This document shows positions 33,459 through 42,057 of a DNA stretch of 64,000 bases, piece after piece. Every line of letters begins with the position of its first letter. The stretch's first letter is position 1. The notes under the pieces were generated by a model. That model searched no databases. It was not told the DNA's origin and saw nothing but the letters and a program-made list of their open reading frames with translations. Source of the DNA: a bacterium (GTDB lineage: Bacteria; Zhuqueibacterota; Zhuqueibacteria; Residuimicrobiales; Krinioviventaceae); NCBI GenBank assembly GCA_963693055.1, contig OY843751.1, positions 4,864,001 through 4,928,000 on the forward strand, read 5' to 3'. The position numbers were made by a program, and so were the translations under genes.

Positions 33459-34481
33459 TTATAAACCAATTCCATCAATTTCCGTACTACATTTGGGACA
33501 TTTTCCGGCATTTAGCCGGTTCTCAATAATTGTAAAACCCCAACGCTCAATCAAAAGTTCCCCGCAATGACAACAGTAGGTATTTTCCCCAACATCTCCG
33601 GCTACATTACCGCTATAGACATATCTCAAACCTTCACTCAAGCCAATTTCCCGTGCCCGCCTCATAATGGACAATGGTGTTATGGGCAGATCCCTGAGCA
33701 AATACTGAGGATGAAATCGGCTAATGTGCCAGGGCGTTTCCGGTCCCAGCTCGTCTCTGATAAATCGTGCTATCTCTATTATAGATTCTTCGTTATCTAC
33801 GAATGTAGGCACAATCAGGGTGGTCACTTCAACCCATACACCCAGTTTTTTTAAAAGCTTGAGTGTGTTCAATACATGTTTCAACTCGCCACCAACAACA
33901 CTTTTGTAAAAATCAGGGTCCCATCCCTTGAGATCAATATTGGCGGCAGTCAAAAAAGGCGCAATCTTTTCAAGAGGTGCTTTATTTATATAACCATTCG
34001 ATATCCAGACAGTGCCCATTCCCTTTTCAACAGCTAGGCTGGCAATTTCAAAAGCATATTCATAATAAATTGTTGGCTCGGTATAGGTAAAAGCGATGGT
34101 TTTACACAAATGCCGTTTTGCTGTATCCACTACCTCTTTTGCAGAATAATCCTGTCCCACAATCAATTCATCCCGCTGACTGGGCATCTGTGAGATATCA
34201 CAATTCTGGCAAAATTTGCATTTAAAATTACACCCCACAGTTGCAACAGAAAATGAGGATGAACCCGGCTTTACATGAAACAGGGGTTTTTTCTCAATGG
34301 GATCTATATGTGTTGCTACGGCTTTTTCATAAACAAGAGAGTATAATACCCCTCGCTTGTTCATGCGAACACCGCATATACCAATTTCCCCATCACTCAG
34401 TTTGCAATGATGGGGACATAGCATACATTGTAACTGTCCCTCTGTTTCCCAAAAAAAATCAGCTTTTTTCAATGGATTCAC
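33459..34481 (-). CDS. amrS: AmmeMemoRadiSam system radical SAM enzyme
   Basis: CMLCPHHC, DPIEKKPLFH, GCNFKCKFCQN, TYTEP, WHISRFHP, YVYSGN. Confidence 0.92.
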   Translation of the reverse strand: MNPLKKADFFWETEGQLQCMLCPHHCKLSDGEIGICGVRMNKRGVLYSLVYEKAVATHIDPIEKKPLFHVKPGSSSFSVATVGCNFKCKFCQNCDISQMPSQRDELIVGQDYSAKEVVDTAKRHLCKTIAFTYTEPTIYYEYAFEIASLAVEKGMGTVWISNGYINKAPLEKIAPFLTAANIDLKGWDPDFYKSVVGGELKHVLNTLKLLKKLGVWVEVTTLIVPTFVDNEESIIEIARFIRDELGPETPWHISRFHPQYLLRDLPITPLSIMRRAREIGLSEGLRYVYSGNVAGDVGENTYCCHCGELLIERWGFTIIENRLNAGKCPKCSTEIDGIGL

Positions 34482-34483
34482 CT

Positions 34484-35425
34484 CTAGTCGATTGGAAACA
34501 GGGCTTCCATTTCAGCAATATCCTCGGCATCCAGTTCAACAGCTGCAGCGGCAATATTGGCTTCAACCTGATCTACTCTTCTGGCACCCACAATGGCAGA
34601 TGTAACAGCAGGATGCTTTAATACCCAGGCTACTGCCAGCTGTCCTATATTCACACCATGTTTCTCTGCAATGGGACGTAATTTTTCAACTCTCTCCAGG
34701 TTTTCTGAAAGCTTGGGCTCATTGTATTCAGGATTCCGCAACCGCCAGTCATCGTGCGCAAGCCTTGTTATATCAAACTTGCCGGTGAGCAATCCGGAAA
34801 ACATGGGACTGTAAGCAACAACACCAATACCATTTTCCTGGCAATAAGGTAATATCTCATTTTCGATACGCCTGCGGAACAGACTGTATGGCGGCTGTAA
34901 CGAATCCACATGCCCTATATCCATACAGCTCTGCATCAGTTCTACTTTAAAATTAGACACACCCACCCAGCGAATTTTGCCCTCTTTTTTGAGGTTAAGC
35001 ACTTCCTGCCAGGATTCTTCAACAGGTGTGTGATTGTCCGGCCAGTGAAATTGCATTAAATCAATCACATCGATATCCAGACGGGTCAGACTGTCTTCAA
35101 CCTCTTTACGGATGCTCTCTGGTTTTAAATTGTTACGAACCTTGTTGTTTTCATCCCAAACCAGACCACACTTGGTAGCAATGATTAAATCATCACGTTT
35201 TCCCTGGATCGCTTGCCCTACAAGCTCTTCCGCGACACCCAACCCATAAGCCGGCGCGGTATCGATCCAATTGATGCCCAAATCAATTGCGCGTTCAATT
35301 GTACGGATCGATTCTTTTTCATCAGACGGGCCCCAACCAAAGGTCCAGGATCCGCCAATAGCCCAGGTACCCAGCCCAACAAGTGAGAGTTCCGGTCCGT
35401 TTTTACCCAGTTTACGTGTTTTCAT
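34484..35425 (-). CDS. Aldo/keto reductase
   Basis: GLGTWAIGG, DTAPAYG, ATKCG, GVSNF, AYSP, IVGAR. Confidence 0.95.
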   Translation of the reverse strand: MKTRKLGKNGPELSLVGLGTWAIGGSWTFGWGPSDEKESIRTIERAIDLGINWIDTAPAYGLGVAEELVGQAIQGKRDDLIIATKCGLVWDENNKVRNNLKPESIRKEVEDSLTRLDIDVIDLMQFHWPDNHTPVEESWQEVLNLKKEGKIRWVGVSNFKVELMQSCMDIGHVDSLQPPYSLFRRRIENEILPYCQENGIGVVAYSPMFSGLLTGKFDITRLAHDDWRLRNPEYNEPKLSENLERVEKLRPIAEKHGVNIGQLAVAWVLKHPAVTSAIVGARRVDQVEANIAAAAVELDAEDIAEMEALFPID

Positions 35426-35437
35426 AATACCTCTTTA

Positions 35438-36064
35438 TTATATAGTTAACCCGGCTGACATCATCAATGAAAAAAGTAAAAGCAATGGGATGGACAGAAT
35501 TACCTGTAAAATCAAAAAAGCCCCAACACTTTTCAAAAAAGTAAATTTATTGATTTGAGCCAAACCGGAAAACAAAATATACAAATGAAATACAATAACA
35601 ATTACATCCACAAGCTGAATGATCCCCCACAAACCCTGCAACAAAGTACTGGATTGAATAATGGGTTGTTCAACCTGAAACAACTCGTCCCGGAACAAGA
35701 TATATTTAATGCCCCATAAAGGCATTGTATATACCAGGGGGGCCCAGGCCCAGGCCATAACCGTTCTTACGTGACCGAGTGGTGCAGGGCCACCCATCCT
35801 TGTGGTTATTTTTTGCAGCACCCAGCCGCCAACATATACTGTAAAAAGACCTCCCAAAGGGCCCATTAGAATACTTGAAACAATCAAATTACTTGTTTTC
35901 ATTGAGGGCAGCATTACAGTCACACCGTTTGCATTATCAAGGGCTTGAGCAATACCACCCAGAACAATCAACATTAACATTTGATAGCGGGGATTTTCAT
36001 CAACAATTCGTTGTATGGTTTCGCGTGGATTTCTCCAGATTGTAGACCAGGGGCTCGGTTCCAT
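35438..36064 (-). CDS. Yip1 family membrane protein
   Basis: IWRNPRETI motif followed by about 5 TM helices. Confidence 0.8.
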   Translation of the reverse strand: MEPSPWSTIWRNPRETIQRIVDENPRYQMLMLIVLGGIAQALDNANGVTVMLPSMKTSNLIVSSILMGPLGGLFTVYVGGWVLQKITTRMGGPAPLGHVRTVMAWAWAPLVYTMPLWGIKYILFRDELFQVEQPIIQSSTLLQGLWGIIQLVDVIVIVFHLYILFSGLAQINKFTFLKSVGAFLILQVILSIPLLLLFSLMMSAGLTI

Positions 36065-36067
36065 GTC

Positions 36068-36646
36068 TTACTGTTCCGTTCTATTAGTTGTATTTCCAAA
36101 CATTTCTATTACCTTCTTTTCAAATCGATAAAATATTGAATCGTCTTCTAAAAGACGTTTATCTATTCCATTCCAAACACCCTGAACCATGGACTGATAA
36201 TACCATTTTTGTTTATCATATCCTTCATGAAAGCGGTCCCATAATTTGTCTCCGATATGCTTATAATCATTCAGCATGGATGAAATATTATGTAATTTGT
36301 CCGCACAGGTCACATATTTCACCGGCATGGGAGCATGATAGATCGCATCAATTGTATGCTGCTTCCTGGCCTGCCACGATGCTTTACGGTCAGGCTCTGA
36401 ACATGCCTGAACTATATCGGCAATCTCTTGCCCAAACTCTTTTACCAGGGTATCAAAAGTCACATGCGTATCTTCAAGCGTGTCATGCAGCAGACCCGCA
36501 ATGACAATCTTGTCGCTACATCCTTCTTTTAACAGTAGCATACTGACCGCAAACGGATGCACAATATAAGGCACATCGCTCTTTTTTCTATACTGTCCGT
36601 CATGTGCAGTAGTAGCAAATATAATGGCGTTTTCCAGACTTTTCAT
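36068..36646 (-). CDS. HD-domain protein, small (p)ppGpp hydrolase (Mesh1/SpoT-HD-like)
   Basis: HDGQYRK, PYIVHP, GLLHDTLEDT, ADKLHN motifs; no synthetase domain. Confidence 0.8.
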   Translation of the reverse strand: MKSLENAIIFATTAHDGQYRKKSDVPYIVHPFAVSMLLLKEGCSDKIVIAGLLHDTLEDTHVTFDTLVKEFGQEIADIVQACSEPDRKASWQARKQHTIDAIYHAPMPVKYVTCADKLHNISSMLNDYKHIGDKLWDRFHEGYDKQKWYYQSMVQGVWNGIDKRLLEDDSIFYRFEKKVIEMFGNTTNRTEQ

Positions 36647-36657
36647 ATATGAATCGC

Positions 36658-38418
36658 TTATTCGTTTGATTTTGTACTACGAAACGCAGCCAGTACATCG
36701 TTTTGACTGATTATCCCCAACAGCATGGATGAATTTTCATCATCAATGATGGGTAAATATGTAACATCGCTGTTTTGCTTGAAAATTTCCAAAACTTCGC
36801 CTAATGTCTGGTCCGGGTAAAGCGCCAAAGGTTCGGGCTTTACAAGGTCACGCGCCACAATAAACTTTGCAATGCTTTCATCAAACAAGATATCGCGAAT
36901 ATCCTGATAATCTACAACACCAATAAATTTCTCATTACGATTAATAATAGGAAACCGGTCATATTTACTGTGAGAGATCTGACGCAATATTTCATTAAAA
37001 GGTGTATCTTCGTACAAGGTTTCAACATTTTTGCGCATTACATGTTTTACATATATATCGGCAGCACTTTTGAGATTATGTCCTTTGGGTACACCAATAG
37101 AGGTTCTGAACTGGTCAATAACATGATGCAGGCCTTCATAGGTACCTTCTTTGGCTTTTTTTGAAAGCAGGGTCAACAAGGGCACCTCTCCTGCATGTAC
37201 AAGGGCCTGACGAACTGTAATGGGTCCGGCAAGTTCAAAAAACACCACGGAACCCAGAATAACGGTCTGAATGATCTCTCCGCCTTCTGGCCACTGACGG
37301 GCAAGAGATTGCGACAATCCAATAGCAACACCCGCCTGGGCAATCATTGCATATCCCAGCCAGCGCCGCTCAATGTATCCAAAATCTCCCCATTTGGCGC
37401 CCATCCAGTTTCCCAACACTTTACCGGCGGTGCGCATAATGATATATGCAATACCCAGCAAACCAATGTCTTTCATCACTTCTATATGCAGACTTGCACC
37501 TGCAATTACAAAGAAAAAGACATACAGGGGATAATCGACACTTTTTAACGCTTCAAATAAATTCCGTTCTTTGGGAGAGGCATTTACTATGGTTAATCCC
37601 GTAACAAAACAAGACAAAAAGATATCCAGTCCCCACATCCATGACAATCCAATATTCGCAACAATACCGCCAATAAGCAGCATCAGGTATTCTGTACGAC
37701 TCTCAACATTCTGCGCCCATACACTAATGAGCACACCGGTAAGGAAGCCCAAAACGATGGGGCCAAACATGGCAAGCAAAAACAATGTTACAGAGCCACT
37801 GCTGTTGAGAAGTAAGAATGTAATGATGTTAAAGATCAAAATTGAAAACAGATTATTTAATCCGATCAGTGAAAGCGCAAGGTCCGTTACCGGGCCTTCG
37901 GAATCATATTCACGGATCACCATTAATGACGCTGCGGGTGCGGTTGCAATTGCTATAATACCGGTAAATATGGCCAAATAAATTGAAGATCCCAATAAAC
38001 CTAATGACGCGCCCAAAACAGTCTTGTTGAGCAGCATATTAAACACAAATATGGTGATGGAAACCAGGATAAAAGTAGCTGCCATTTCTGATAAAGATAG
38101 CCGGGCCATACGTTTGCCCCAGCGTCTGAGGGATTGGAACTTGAACTGACTTCCAATGGTCAGCATAATAAAAGCCAGCGCAACATCAGAGATTATTTTT
38201 ACAAATTCCAACACTTCATGGCTGATCAGCTCGGGGTAACCCAGCATATGCGCCATCGACGGGCCTGCTGCCAGGCCTACCAGTAAATAACCGGTAACCC
38301 GGGGAACACGTAAACGTGCGGCAACACGACCAAAAATCAACGCTGCCAGAAAGCAAATACCGGTAGAAAACAAAGTATGGTTAATGTGCAGGTCCAATTC
38401 AAATTCCGAAATAGTCAA
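36658..38418 (-). CDS. Cation:proton antiporter with C-terminal CBS pair
   Basis: About 12 TM helices, IATAPAA, QAGVAIGL; two CBS domains (FPIIN...GVV; LPIID...GII). Confidence 0.88.
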   Translation of the reverse strand: MTISEFELDLHINHTLFSTGICFLAALIFGRVAARLRVPRVTGYLLVGLAAGPSMAHMLGYPELISHEVLEFVKIISDVALAFIMLTIGSQFKFQSLRRWGKRMARLSLSEMAATFILVSITIFVFNMLLNKTVLGASLGLLGSSIYLAIFTGIIAIATAPAASLMVIREYDSEGPVTDLALSLIGLNNLFSILIFNIITFLLLNSSGSVTLFLLAMFGPIVLGFLTGVLISVWAQNVESRTEYLMLLIGGIVANIGLSWMWGLDIFLSCFVTGLTIVNASPKERNLFEALKSVDYPLYVFFFVIAGASLHIEVMKDIGLLGIAYIIMRTAGKVLGNWMGAKWGDFGYIERRWLGYAMIAQAGVAIGLSQSLARQWPEGGEIIQTVILGSVVFFELAGPITVRQALVHAGEVPLLTLLSKKAKEGTYEGLHHVIDQFRTSIGVPKGHNLKSAADIYVKHVMRKNVETLYEDTPFNEILRQISHSKYDRFPIINRNEKFIGVVDYQDIRDILFDESIAKFIVARDLVKPEPLALYPDQTLGEVLEIFKQNSDVTYLPIIDDENSSMLLGIISQNDVLAAFRSTKSNE

Positions 38419-38532
38419 TGATCTGTTTGTTAAACATAGACATTCCCGACTAAATAATCAAGATTTATTAAACCGGAACAGGAAATGCGTGGGAAAAGAT
38501 GATGGATGGCAATTGTATATCAAAGCCCTAAA

Positions 38533-38550
38533 ACAAAACGCAAAGAACGC
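38533..38550 (+). repeat. Direct repeat, left copy (ACAAAACGCAAAGAACGC)
   Basis: 17/18 identical to 43041-43058; the two copies bracket the TIR/SLOG-patatin/Ivy region. Confidence 0.45.
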
Positions 38551-38639
38551 AATATCAGATCGTAATTTTGTAGTAAGGTAAGGGTGAAGTTGAGTTTGAC
38601 AGTGGATTTGGATTTTCACTTAAAAGATTAAATGGATTA

Positions 38640-39533
38640 TTAAAAATTACTATTATTTTTATCAACACATTTTAAAAGCTTCTTACGCCTCATCTCCATC
38701 TTCTTCTTCAATTGCTTAGTCAAAATACTACCGATTAAAGGAATTTTCGATAATCTTTTCCATACAATTGAAGCTGGTAAATCGGTAATAATTGTTGGAT
38801 GACCAGGTGAAATCTTATCAGCTTCTTTAAAATAAAAAATTGATTTTTCAAAATTCATAATTCTAAAATAGTAAATACCTAAATGGAAATTAGTTAAAAA
38901 GTCATCACTTCTTTTTGTTTTGATCTGTAATAAACATTTTATTGCATTTTCATAATCGCCGAGCGAACCCCATATATCCGACTTAATTTGTAACACACGA
39001 ATGTCATCACACAGTTCGTCATAATTCAACAAATTTAATGCATCGCTAAAATTGCCATTATCATAAAAACGTCTAGCTTTTGTTACTATATGGTTCAAAT
39101 TAACTACTTTTGAAACTTTATTGAATATTACAGACGCAACATTTTCAATATTTTCTGTAGAAACTTTCAAATAACTAACGGTTGGCAAAAGTCCAGGTAA
39201 ATCTGATTCATCAATACGCAATGGGATAATGTAATCCGAATCAGGTTCTTCTAATGCTCTTGCTTGTGCTGCTCGCCATTCATGAAGTGTCCATCTCTTT
39301 TCCTTATATGATTGAGAAATCAATATTATACAATAACTAGCCTTATTCATATATATATCGATTAAATATTCAGTTAAATTCTTCCCGAGAAGCTTTGCCT
39401 GCTCATAATCATCATAGAAAACACTTAAACCATGATTGATATAAAGTTTTTTAGCTAATAAGTGTGCTATTTCCCTATCTTCACCTGCAAATGAAATTGC
39501 GATATCATACTCGATCAATATTATTTCCTTCAT
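38640..39533 (-). CDS. TIR domain protein with C-terminal TPR repeats
   Basis: YDIAISFAGEDR, VFYDD, IILISQSY, WTLHEW (catalytic Glu position), IIPLRID; TPR-like GDYENAIKCL, FHLGIYYF...FEKSIFYFKEADKISP. Confidence 0.88.
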   Translation of the reverse strand: MKEIILIEYDIAISFAGEDREIAHLLAKKLYINHGLSVFYDDYEQAKLLGKNLTEYLIDIYMNKASYCIILISQSYKEKRWTLHEWRAAQARALEEPDSDYIIPLRIDESDLPGLLPTVSYLKVSTENIENVASVIFNKVSKVVNLNHIVTKARRFYDNGNFSDALNLLNYDELCDDIRVLQIKSDIWGSLGDYENAIKCLLQIKTKRSDDFLTNFHLGIYYFRIMNFEKSIFYFKEADKISPGHPTIITDLPASIVWKRLSKIPLIGSILTKQLKKKMEMRRKKLLKCVDKNNSNF

Positions 39534-39586
39534 TGAATTTCACAGCGCTTATCTCAACCAACAAAACCAAAATTTTTAAAAAAAAA

Positions 39587-41281
39587 TTATTTATATCTAT
39601 CCCATGGAATTGCTGTCACTCCATTAAGGAATCTAGATTTGATTTGCCCAAGAATATTAACATCAGACGCAACATGCTGACCAAGATCCGCAAGCTCATG
39701 AATTTCAGCAGGTGAATCGAGACGATAAGTATTAGGCATTGTTATTGTATTAACTCTTAGAAAACGAGGCTCTCCCAACAACAGCTTGGTTTGTTTCAGC
39801 GATGATTCTTGTTGAACATTCATCAACAAGTTGAGTATCTTTTTTTCTCGTAACCAACCAGTTATTCCAGAATCAATTTGGTTTCTAACAGTAAAAGGTT
39901 CGTCAGTTGTTCCAACACTCAAAACATCAATCCTTTCAAGTGGGATTCGAAGAAAACAAACTGATTCAATCACAGCAGCTAAAGCTGGAGAATTCGCCCA
40001 AACTCCTCCATCGAAAAACCTGCTTTCCGTGAGCATATTTGAAATTTTAGCAGCTGTAAAATATGTCGGTGCAGCTGCTGTAGCAAGAGCAATATGGGCA
40101 ACTTCAGTATTTGCATCTAAAGTTAATTCAGGATGATGTGGAGTACGAAAAAGGTGTGAAGCTCCAGCAATGGCATGGTAAGTTGGTATTACCAATCGAC
40201 AACATGAATCTTTCATCCTTTTTTTTACACCACTAAAATAATATGCAGATTCTAATTCTTTCAATAATACTGATTGAGCAAATTTGGGTCTATATAAATG
40301 TTTGGTCTTATGCCTTAGTCTACCCAATAATCGAGTCAAAGGGAAAATAATAGGACCTTTATTTATATAAAAATCAAGAATTTGCTTGGCAGACAATCCA
40401 ATTCCTAAACCAATTGCGAGAATCCCTCCTGTTGAAGTACCAGCGATTAGATCAAAATGATCTGTAATACGTAATCCAGTTTGATTTTCCCAAGTTGCAA
40501 GAGCAGCAGCACTAAATGCCCCCTTTAAACCACCACCATCAAGAGCCAATATTCTAAATGAAACACCTTCTGAGCCACTTCCTCGAACCAAGGGCAATCT
40601 CTCGAGTTGTGAGCAAACCTTTTTAGTTATACTCTCGACATCTGTAAGTATAGAGATTTGACGATTTGTATCAATATCAAAACCATTTTTGAGATAGTTA
40701 AATATATTAGGATTATTTTGAATTAAATCATGTGCAGCTCCACCAAGTCCACCCAGCAAGAAACATGGCAATCCTTTTTCAATCGCATAATTGAGTTCTT
40801 TCGGGATTCCTGCTTTCTCTGCTAATGAAAACCACCATTTACCACCTACAACAACAATAACATCACATCTAGCCACCATCCATTCTCTAAGTAATTCTAA
40901 ACTAACTTCTCGAGCGTTTTCTCCTTTTGCTTCAGGTGTTTCATATACTACAGCATACTTTCTCCATTCAGCAATAGGAACAACTCCTGTATCCTTCGAC
41001 CATAAACGTGAAACTGCAAGAACTAAAGCATCTTTACGTCCACCTTTCTTCTGGTAAGATCTTGACTCTTCTAAAAGAATTGGTGTAAAACTTGGATGAC
41101 TTCCATGAATGATGTGCCCTCCATGCTCAAATACATATCGAGATATAAAACGAACAAAATCCACAATTGTTTTTCTCTCTAAATCAGTAGAGTTCTGCTC
41201 CTCAGGAATAGAACCTGACAACCAGATGCGTGCACCTGATAGAGATTTATAATGATGAACGCCATCTTTTTCATCAGGCAT
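39587..41281 (-). CDS. SLOG domain-patatin-like phospholipase fusion (putative defence effector)
   Basis: N-terminal about 230 aa SLOG-like (IWLSGSIP, IIHGSHP, SLELLREWMVARCDVIVVVGG, GIPKELNYA, LLGGLGGAA); C-terminal patatin with DGGGLKG, GTSTG and DGG motifs. Confidence 0.88.
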   Translation of the reverse strand: MPDEKDGVHHYKSLSGARIWLSGSIPEEQNSTDLERKTIVDFVRFISRYVFEHGGHIIHGSHPSFTPILLEESRSYQKKGGRKDALVLAVSRLWSKDTGVVPIAEWRKYAVVYETPEAKGENAREVSLELLREWMVARCDVIVVVGGKWWFSLAEKAGIPKELNYAIEKGLPCFLLGGLGGAAHDLIQNNPNIFNYLKNGFDIDTNRQISILTDVESITKKVCSQLERLPLVRGSGSEGVSFRILALDGGGLKGAFSAAALATWENQTGLRITDHFDLIAGTSTGGILAIGLGIGLSAKQILDFYINKGPIIFPLTRLLGRLRHKTKHLYRPKFAQSVLLKELESAYYFSGVKKRMKDSCCRLVIPTYHAIAGASHLFRTPHHPELTLDANTEVAHIALATAAAPTYFTAAKISNMLTESRFFDGGVWANSPALAAVIESVCFLRIPLERIDVLSVGTTDEPFTVRNQIDSGITGWLREKKILNLLMNVQQESSLKQTKLLLGEPRFLRVNTITMPNTYRLDSPAEIHELADLGQHVASDVNILGQIKSRFLNGVTAIPWDRYK

Positions 41282-41768
41282 ATTTACCCCTTATCTCAAT
41301 TGCCTTCTCAACCCAATCTTCAAGATTCTTTTTTATATAATCATAAACATAGGTACTTGTTGAATAGGGAGGATTATATGATTTCACAATATTTGCCATA
41401 TTTTCACCATCAACTGTGTATGCAGAAAAGGGATTGCTTCCCATTGATGATTGATTTTCATCCCTATCTTTCAAATTGTGGATGTAAATCCCAAGTAATC
41501 CTTTTCCCTCTTCCCATGCTCTCTTAATTTCATATTTAATCCATTTTCTTCCCGCAGTTTTTGAACCGATTAAGACAATAACAACAGATTTACCTTTAAG
41601 CTGTTCATTTATCCATTTCTCTATGTCACCATCTCCCCCCTTCTTAATTGTCTCCCAATCATTATCCGAAACAGGTTTGTTACCTTCTATAACGCCCATA
41701 TTTCTAACTTGAGATGCCCGCCAATTATCGGGGATATAATGAAAACTATAAAACGCTTTTCGTGCCAT
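41274..41768 (-). CDS. thsB: ThsB-like TIR protein (DUF1863/MTH538 type)
   Basis: GGAG RBS then MARKAFYSFHY, WRASQVRN, VVIVLIGSKTAGRKWIKYEI (catalytic Glu), GLLGIYIH, WVEKA; stop overlaps next start by 8 bp. Confidence 0.88.
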   Translation of the reverse strand: MARKAFYSFHYIPDNWRASQVRNMGVIEGNKPVSDNDWETIKKGGDGDIEKWINEQLKGKSVVIVLIGSKTAGRKWIKYEIKRAWEEGKGLLGIYIHNLKDRDENQSSMGSNPFSAYTVDGENMANIVKSYNPPYSTSTYVYDYIKKNLEDWVEKAIEIRGKYA

Positions 41769-42057
41769 TATTTTCTCCAAATAATAATTTAATTTATTAA
41801 TTTTAAAAGCAGAAACCCTCAAAGCTTGTAAACTATATATTTAGAAAGCTAAAAGTTTTATATTAGTTATAGCATAAAGCACTTAATATAAGATTTAAAA
41901 TCTTAATAATAATATTAGTCCACCCAAGAATCCCCAAATCATTTTCTATTTACAACTATAATAAACTAATCATTAACAAACAAATCAAGAGAATTTTAAA
42001 TCTTATACAAATTTAATCCTATATTCCTTTAAATCCCATAAATCTTAATTCAGACAA

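Noticed and set aside
39587-41281. CBASS system, suggested by the CapV-like patatin
   Set aside because: No CD-NTase (cGAS/DncV-like) or Cap2/Cap3 gene nearby; neighbours are TIR proteins and the patatin carries a SLOG domain.
41769-41822. Longer N-terminus for the ThsB-like ORF (TTG at 41822)
   Set aside because: ATG at 41768 has a GGAG RBS and gives the typical MARK.F.SFHY start.
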